32,000 nt of DNA, from the NCBI GenBank assembly GCA_963692915.1, contig OY843584.1, positions 531,134 to 563,133 of the forward strand, written 5' to 3'. This DNA is from Cenarchaeum sp. (GTDB lineage Archaea > Thermoproteota > Nitrososphaeria > Nitrososphaerales > Nitrosopumilaceae). The position numbers and the translations under genes were made by a program. This document shows positions 27,088-32,000 of this stretch, one piece after another; positions within the stretch are counted from its first letter, which is position 1; each line of letters begins with the position of its first letter. The notes beneath the pieces are model-generated. The model worked only from the letters and a program-made list of their open reading frames with translations, was not told where the DNA came from and ran no database searches.

Positions 27088-27310
27088 CAATTTTGCCACA
27101 TCGGACATCTTACCGCTGTGGTGGGCGTGTCCTGTCTCGAACATTTTCACGCATGCCGTTTCTTGCAAACGTGCGGAGTCTGGCGGCCATGTTTTCTGGA
27201 TCCTGCTAGATTGACATGGTGCCCTGCCGCCTGTCGACTCCAATACTGACGCGTGGTCATGGCACATCGCCATGAGTGCAGTTAAATCCAGCCACGTGTG
27301 CCTGCTGCGC

Positions 27311-28138
27311 ATGAACCTCGTGGCCTCTGGCAAGGTAAAGGACGTCTATGACGCCGGTGACGGCCTCTTGAGATTTCACTTTAGTGACCGTGTCTCGGCA
27401 TATGACGTAAAGTTTGTCGAGCCGATCCCAAAAAAGGGTGAAATTCTCTGCAAGTTTGCCGAGTTTTGGTTTGGCGAGCTTGGGGTGCCTAGCCACTTTG
27501 TTCGGCGTGTCTCGGACACTGACATGCTCGTTAGGCGAATGAAGATGCTGCCGATCGAGTGTGTCGCACGGGGGTATCTGTATGGCAGCCTCTATGACCG
27601 TCATCTGCGTGGCGAGTCAGGACTCCGGCTTGATGACGAACGCCACGCGGCCAGGCTGCCTGAGGCAATATTTGACCCAACCACAAAGGCCGAGCACGAC
27701 GAGCCTGTGACGCGCGACTCGGCAATCCGTATGGGCCTTGTGAGCGCCGCTCAATATGACTCCCTAGAGTCAATGACGCTAAAGATATACGGCCAGATGG
27801 CATCAGTGGCAGAGCGTGCGGGATTTGTCATGGCTGACCTAAAGCTGGAGTTTGGCATGCTTGGTGGGAAGATTGTCCTGGGCGACTCTATTGGGCCAGA
27901 CGAGTTTCGGATGTGGCCATCAGAGTCATACGAGCCCGGACGCGTGCAGGACGCATATGACAAGCAGATACTGCGCGACTGGCTGGCCGCCGGCGGTCAC
28001 AAGGACAGATTTGAGCGCGAACGCGCCGCCGGAGAGGCGCCACGGCCGCCGATGATACCGTCAGAGATTATCGGCACAATGACGGGGCGCTATGTTGACG
28101 CCTATGAGCGCATAACGGGCAGGCCGCTAGACGCATAG
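27311..28138 (+). CDS. purC: Phosphoribosylaminoimidazole-succinocarboxamide synthase
   Basis: [71 protein letters not shown]. Confidence 0.95.
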   Translation: MNLVASGKVKDVYDAGDGLLRFHFSDRVSAYDVKFVEPIPKKGEILCKFAEFWFGELGVPSHFVRRVSDTDMLVRRMKMLPIECVARGYLYGSLYDRHLRGESGLRLDDERHAARLPEAIFDPTTKAEHDEPVTRDSAIRMGLVSAAQYDSLESMTLKIYGQMASVAERAGFVMADLKLEFGMLGGKIVLGDSIGPDEFRMWPSESYEPGRVQDAYDKQILRDWLAAGGHKDRFERERAAGEAPRPPMIPSEIIGTMTGRYVDAYERITGRPLDA

Positions 28139-28658
28139 CCTAGCGCCATGGGCCATTGTTGGGTTCTCAGAATGCCAATCTGCCGTGATGCTTCCATGCG
28201 GGGGCTAGATTGCGTGCCTTTCTTGCCTGTATTCATGCGTGCATAGGGAGATCCTGGCAGTTCGTGACCTCATATTGGCTGTGTGAGCATGCCGACTATG
28301 CGTAAAGACTCTAATCGTACTCCCAGGCGCGCCGGCGCTGATGCCCATTGTGCCTCAACGTGCCGCCGGAGCGCCGCCACAGTGGCGATCCGGTTATTTC
28401 CAATATCCATTGTATCATTTCATAACAAATCATATTATTATGATATATATCATTAGTCTTAATTCTAATGTTAGCATTATAAGATATTTCCTATTACAAC
28501 TATATGTATCGTATAATAGGGATATTATTCAGTTTCCTATTATCAATATCATTCAAATGAATAATAGTGCTCTAATTCTAATAAGTGTAAACTAGACTCT
28601 ATGCGAGCGGTCAAAAAATGCTGATCTTTCCCACTTTTGGCCTGGTGGGACGCACGGG

Positions 28659-29186
28659 ATGCCGATGGAGACACTGGTAGACCGCCCTGTCAGCGTGACG
28701 AGGACTATAGCGTCGAGTCCTGATGAGGCAAGCGCGATAGCGGATCCCGTGAGGGCAGCCATAGTCGCGCTCCTCTATCGCCGGACGCTGACGGCCGAGC
28801 AGATATTCGAGCGTCTAGGCAGGCGTGGCAAGAAAAAGGCGCTCACGACGGTGCGCCACCACATCGACGTCCTCCGCTCCGCCGGCCTAGTGGACATTGT
28901 GAAGGTCGTAGAGTCTCGAGGAGGAGTGACAAAGCACTATGGAACCTCCACGAGGCTCCTCATGCAGAACCCCCAGGATGATTTTGACGAGCAGCACTCG
29001 GATGCCATTGCAGCTGCAACCGTTGGCCTTGCGGCCGTCATAGAGTCAGCAGGCGCGAACATTGCGCCAAAGGATGGCAAAAAACGCGTTGATCCGGCGC
29101 ACAGACACTATGTCGTCGCCGAGATACTAAACCGCGCAATGACTGCGGCCATGGAGCGTGGCTCGCGCGCACCGTCAGGGTCATAG
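28659..29186 (+). CDS. ArsR-like winged-helix transcriptional regulator
   Basis: SSPDEASAIADPVRAAIVALLYRRTLTAEQIFERL...LTTVRHHIDVLRSAGLVDIVKVVESRGGVTKHYGTS. Confidence 0.75.
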   Translation: MPMETLVDRPVSVTRTIASSPDEASAIADPVRAAIVALLYRRTLTAEQIFERLGRRGKKKALTTVRHHIDVLRSAGLVDIVKVVESRGGVTKHYGTSTRLLMQNPQDDFDEQHSDAIAAATVGLAAVIESAGANIAPKDGKKRVDPAHRHYVVAEILNRAMTAAMERGSRAPSGS

Positions 29187-29290
29187 CCTGCTGACATGGC
29201 CGGAGGCGTGCCCAGTCGGCGATTATGGGCACGGGAACCCCTCTTGCGCCTGTCTGGTGGGCGCATGTGCTGTATGGGGCGCATTTGGCA

Positions 29291-29316
29291 TATTTCTAAA
29301 CTCGAGTTTAGAAATA
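29291..29316. repeat. 26-bp perfect palindrome TATTTCTAAACTCGAGTTTAGAAATA
   Basis: Directly read; both 13-nt arms match. Confidence 0.95.
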
Positions 29317-29770
29317 CATAATTTGTGACCATGCGCGCCTCGCAGACTCGTGTATGTGCCCCATGGCCATGTTACGCACAAGAGCTAAACCCCCCTGTGG
29401 GGGGAGCCGGTTCACGAGGGAGTCCATTTTTCTGAAAATGGCCGATCTGGAGGGGGGTTGAGCACCCACGCCTAGATCGGACAGACAACGCTCAAACCAT
29501 GGGGCTAGCTGTCCTGCGGGTGCCCCGTTGTGCAATGTCATGCCTAAAAGCTAAACCCCGTGATCTTTGCCGTTCAGGTGGTGGCTCGGTCCACAGATCT
29601 TCGCGCATGGCCGGCTGACGTGTGTCAGACGCGCCAGGATGGGCATAAATGACGCATGAGCCCACCCCCCGCACCCATGCTGCGCGCCGCCGCACAATCA
29701 TGCTGGCGCTGTTGTGGCACATGTGGCCAGGCGCAGTCTCGCGCTGGGCTGCCATGTGCGATATTGTGTA

Positions 29771-29792
29771 TTTCTAAACTCGAGTTTAGAAA
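29771..29792. repeat. 22-bp perfect palindrome TTTCTAAACTCGAGTTTAGAAA, second copy
   Basis: Identical 22-bp core to the palindrome at 29293-29314; sits 3 nt past the stop of the minus-strand zinc-ribbon gene. Confidence 0.95.
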
Positions 29793-29795
29793 ACC

Positions 29796-30041
29796 CTATG
29801 TGGCCGCACTGCGGACTCTTTCTTGCGTTATGGCAATCTCGACGGCCTCTAGGGGGCTTGCCTCCTCGTTGCGCCGTATGGAGAACATCTTTGGCCGCTC
29901 AAAGTCGCGCGTGCAGTCAGGGCACGCATAGACTAGAACGCGGTGCTCATTTGGCGCCTTTGGGTTTGAGAGGCGAGGATAGTACACGAGACGCGCACCA
30001 CAATCCACACAGTACCTGTTAACCCTGCGCGTCCTGGCCAT
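29796..30041 (-). CDS. Small zinc-ribbon protein, hypothetical
   Basis: MARTRRVNRYCVDCGARLVYYPRLSNPKAPNEHRVLVYACPDCTRDFERPKMFSIRRNEE... (CxxC...CxxC). Confidence 0.7.
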   Translation of the reverse strand: MARTRRVNRYCVDCGARLVYYPRLSNPKAPNEHRVLVYACPDCTRDFERPKMFSIRRNEEASPLEAVEIAITQERVRSAAT

Positions 30042-30160
30042 GCAAACCTCCTGCGTGGAGTATTGGCGATGGTGCATATTAGATCGGCATAGTCTAACAG
30101 AGTCGACCAAATGGTTCCCTCTGGGGCATGTGGGGGCGCGCACGGAACCCTGTGTGGTGG

Positions 30161-30234
30161 CGCCGCCCGACAGACTTGAACTGTCGACCAACGGATTAAC
30201 AGTCCGTTGCTCTACCACGCTGAGCTAGGGCGGC
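30161..30234 (-). tRNA. tRNA-Asn (anticodon GTT), CCA not encoded
   Basis: GCCGCCCTAGCTCAGCGTGGTAGAGCAACGGACTGTTAATCCGTTGGTCGACAGTTCAAGTCTGTCGGGCGGCG folds to a full cloverleaf with loop CTGTTAA. Confidence 0.96.
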
Positions 30235-30305
30235 AGCGCGCCGCCTTTGGAATGTTGCGATTTAACCCTTGCGTGCCCTGTGGGCGTGGGGCGCAGGCGG
30301 GCACC

Positions 30306-30454
30306 TGTCTGGTGCCCCATGGCCATCATGTCTGGTGCCCCATGGCCATCATGTCTGGTGCCCCATGGCCATCATGTCTGGTGCCCCATGGCCATCATGT
30401 CTGGTGCCCCATGGCCATCATGTCTGGTGCCCCATGGCCATCATGTCTGGTGCC
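30306..30454. repeat. 23-bp direct tandem repeat, 6 full copies plus partial ends
   Basis: Unit GGTGCCCCATGGCCATCATGTCT starting at 30311, 30334, 30357, 30380, 30403, 30426. Confidence 0.97.
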
Positions 30455-30524
30455 TGCAGGTGCGCATATCGGCGGGCCACAGAGTCGGGCCGTGCGCCCT
30501 GATGGGCAGGACATTGGCCTGCCG

Positions 30525-31100
30525 CTAGGACTCTATGCCGCGTTTCTTGTCGTACGTGTAGATGCCGTCAAGAAAGACCCTGTGGTCCTTTTTCTTTATG
30601 CGGGTGTTTTGCTGTATGTTGGCTGCCGTCTGCGTCACGTCGGTGAGCACGGGGCCTGTGAGGACCACGTCATCGCCCTTTACGGTGACCTTTGTGTCCC
30701 CGACGATGCGCGCGCGGCGCGGCGCGTGCTCGCCCTGAAAGTTCTCCACCAGGACCATCCCAGAGTCAACCTTTACGGAGACCGGAAAGTGCGCATAGAC
30801 GACCTTCATCTTTAGGGTATAGCCCTCCCTGATTCCATCGACCAGGTTTCGCACCAGGGAGCGTGAGGTGTTTAGTATGGCATAGTCGCGCTTTTTGGAG
30901 TCTCGTGCGCTCAGGTTTATGGTCCCCTCGCCGATCTCGACGTCGACGGGTATCTTTCTAAAGTTCTTGTACGTGTGGCCAAGCGGTCCCTCGACACGCA
31001 TGACTCCGCGCCTCATGCTGATTGTGACGCCCTCTGGCACGTCGACTGTTGTCTTTAGGCGGTCAGGACTAGTACGCATAGCCCACCAAAAACCCCCCAA
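30525..31100 (-). CDS. rpl6: 50S ribosomal protein L6
   Basis: VDVPEGVTISMRRGVMRVEGPLGHTYKNFR...; order L5-S14-S8-L6 on the minus strand. Start probably internal to the listed ORF. Confidence 0.93.
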   Translation of the reverse strand: MGGFWWAMRTSPDRLKTTVDVPEGVTISMRRGVMRVEGPLGHTYKNFRKIPVDVEIGEGTINLSARDSKKRDYAILNTSRSLVRNLVDGIREGYTLKMKVVYAHFPVSVKVDSGMVLVENFQGEHAPRRARIVGDTKVTVKGDDVVLTGPVLTDVTQTAANIQQNTRIKKKDHRVFLDGIYTYDKKRGIES

Positions 31101-31458
31101 TTCCCATCTTTGTCGCGTCGTGGTGCGACATGACGCCGTGGTTTGTCGTCACGACTAGTATACCGCGGTCATACGATGGCAGGTAGCGCTGCTCCCAGAA
31201 CGCATACTCGTCCTTTTTGACCTTGAAGCGAGGTGATATTGCGCCACACTTTGTTATCTTTGCGACAAGGCCAACGCGGAACTTGCCCCCGCGGCCATCC
31301 TCAATCCTCTCATACTCGCCGACATAGCCGTCCTTTTGGAGCGTCTTGAGAACCTCCGCACACAGTCCGGACGTGGGAAACACGGTGCACTCGGCCTTGC
31401 GTCGTGCCTCTGTGTTGTATAGTGTTACGAACATGTTTGCTAGTACGTTAGTGGCCGG
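31069..31458 (-). CDS. rps8: 30S ribosomal protein S8
   Basis: MPATNVLANMFVTLYNTEARRKAECTVFPTS...RGILVVTTNHGVMSHHDATKMGIGGFLVGYAY. Confidence 0.92.
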   Translation of the reverse strand, partial: PATNVLANMFVTLYNTEARRKAECTVFPTSGLCAEVLKTLQKDGYVGEYERIEDGRGGKFRVGLVAKITKCGAISPRFKVKKDEYAFWEQRYLPSYDRGILVVTTNHGVMSHHDATKMGIGGFLVGYAY

Positions 31459-31467
31459 CATCATCAA

Positions 31468-31644
31468 TCACATGTATTTCCTGAATCCCAGAGAGCCGGC
31501 GACCTCCCTAAAGCACCTGCGGCATATCATAAGATCGTACTTTTGAATGACTGCGGTATAGTCGCCGCACCTCTTGCACCAGCGCGAACCGCGCCCAAAA
31601 GAGTGCTCCTTGCGGCCGGTAAACTCGTACGAGCGATCCTTCAT
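31468..31644 (-). CDS. rps14: 30S ribosomal protein S14 (58 aa, below the ORF-track cutoff)
   Basis: MKDRSYEFTGRKEHSFGRGSRWCKRCGDYTAVIQKYDLMICRRCFREVAGSLGFRKYM; ATGA overlap with the L5 stop. Confidence 0.93.
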   Translation of the reverse strand: MKDRSYEFTGRKEHSFGRGSRWCKRCGDYTAVIQKYDLMICRRCFREVAGSLGFRKYM

Positions 31645-32000
31645 GCTACTGCCACCCCAAACCTGTCAGTCACAAACGAGCGCGCCTCGTCAGCCGTTAT
31701 AATGTGTGCGCCTCCAACGCTGGCCTTGTGCTTGCTCCTGCGGCTGATCGAGTTGCCTGGACGCGCAAGCGAGACGCAGACGTCAAGGCCGAGTATGCCC
31801 ACCTTTGGGTCGTATTTCACGCCGGGCACGTCAATGTGCTCCTTTATCCCAAACGAAAAGTTGCCGTGGCCATCAAACGCCCTGCTGCGCACGCTGTTGT
31901 CGCGCGCCTCAAGAAGGCGCTTTAGGAGGGTTGTGGCATCCTCGCCGCGCACGGTCACTGCCACCCCGATGGGCTCACCCTTGCGCACGCCAAAGTCACG
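31641..32000 (-). CDS. rpl5: 50S ribosomal protein L5, C-terminal part; N-terminus beyond the window
   Basis: RDFGVRKGEPIGVAVTVRGEDATTLLKRLLEARDNSVRSRAFDGHGNFSFGIKEHIDVPGVKYDPKVGILGLDVCVSL. Confidence 0.92.
   Translation of the reverse strand, partial: RDFGVRKGEPIGVAVTVRGEDATTLLKRLLEARDNSVRSRAFDGHGNFSFGIKEHIDVPGVKYDPKVGILGLDVCVSLARPGNSISRRSKHKASVGGAHIITADEARSFVTDRFGVAVA

Noticed and set aside
30161-30234. tRNA-Asn as an attachment site for an integrated element
   Set aside because: No integrase gene is visible, and I found no second copy of the tRNA 3' end (CGCCGCCCGACAGACTTGAA) in the window.
30207-30815. Several ORFs over the 23-bp repeat (GAPWPSCLVPHGHHVWCPMAIM repeats)
   Set aside because: All three frames stay open because of the repeat itself; they overlap the rpl6 3' end and tRNA-Asn, so not supported as coding.

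Overview
High-GC archaeal DNA. The gene content (futalosine/F420-type enzymes, NreA, Alba, PAC2, deoxyhypusine synthase, archaeosortase-like protein, archaeal L5-S14-S8-L6 order) suggests a thaumarchaeon, possibly Cenarchaeum-like; this is an inference. Core part (1-19784): SAM methyltransferase, two tandem S-adenosylhomocysteinase paralogs, MetRS, peroxiredoxin, UbiD, MqnC-like radical SAM, NreA-like protein, archaeosortase-like protein, DinB, an Alba-domain fusion, LysE, PAC2, deoxyhypusine synthase, inositol-1-phosphate synthase, CofC/CofD and a membrane protein. Distal part: RNase P RNA on the minus strand (about 19787-20112), 33-bp tandem repeats at its 5' side, then an accessory, partly AT-rich region (20115-30500), then tRNA-Asn and ribosomal genes rpl6/rps8/rps14/rpl5. 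The best candidate for an undescribed system is a two-gene, start/stop-overlapping unit at 24149-27087. It encodes a GHKL (Hsp90/MutL/MORC-like) ATPase and an AbiEii-type nucleotidyltransferase, with no AbiEi-like antitoxin. It sits beside a decayed transposase and near a DUF4143-type AAA ATPase. Other notable signals: a swapped base pair in P4 of RNase P RNA, a catalytic His-to-Gln change in AHCY paralog 2, a Cys-to-Ser change in the archaeosortase-like protein, an Alba fusion with a long acidic/His/Gly linker, twin 22-26 bp perfect palindromes and a 23-bp tandem repeat.
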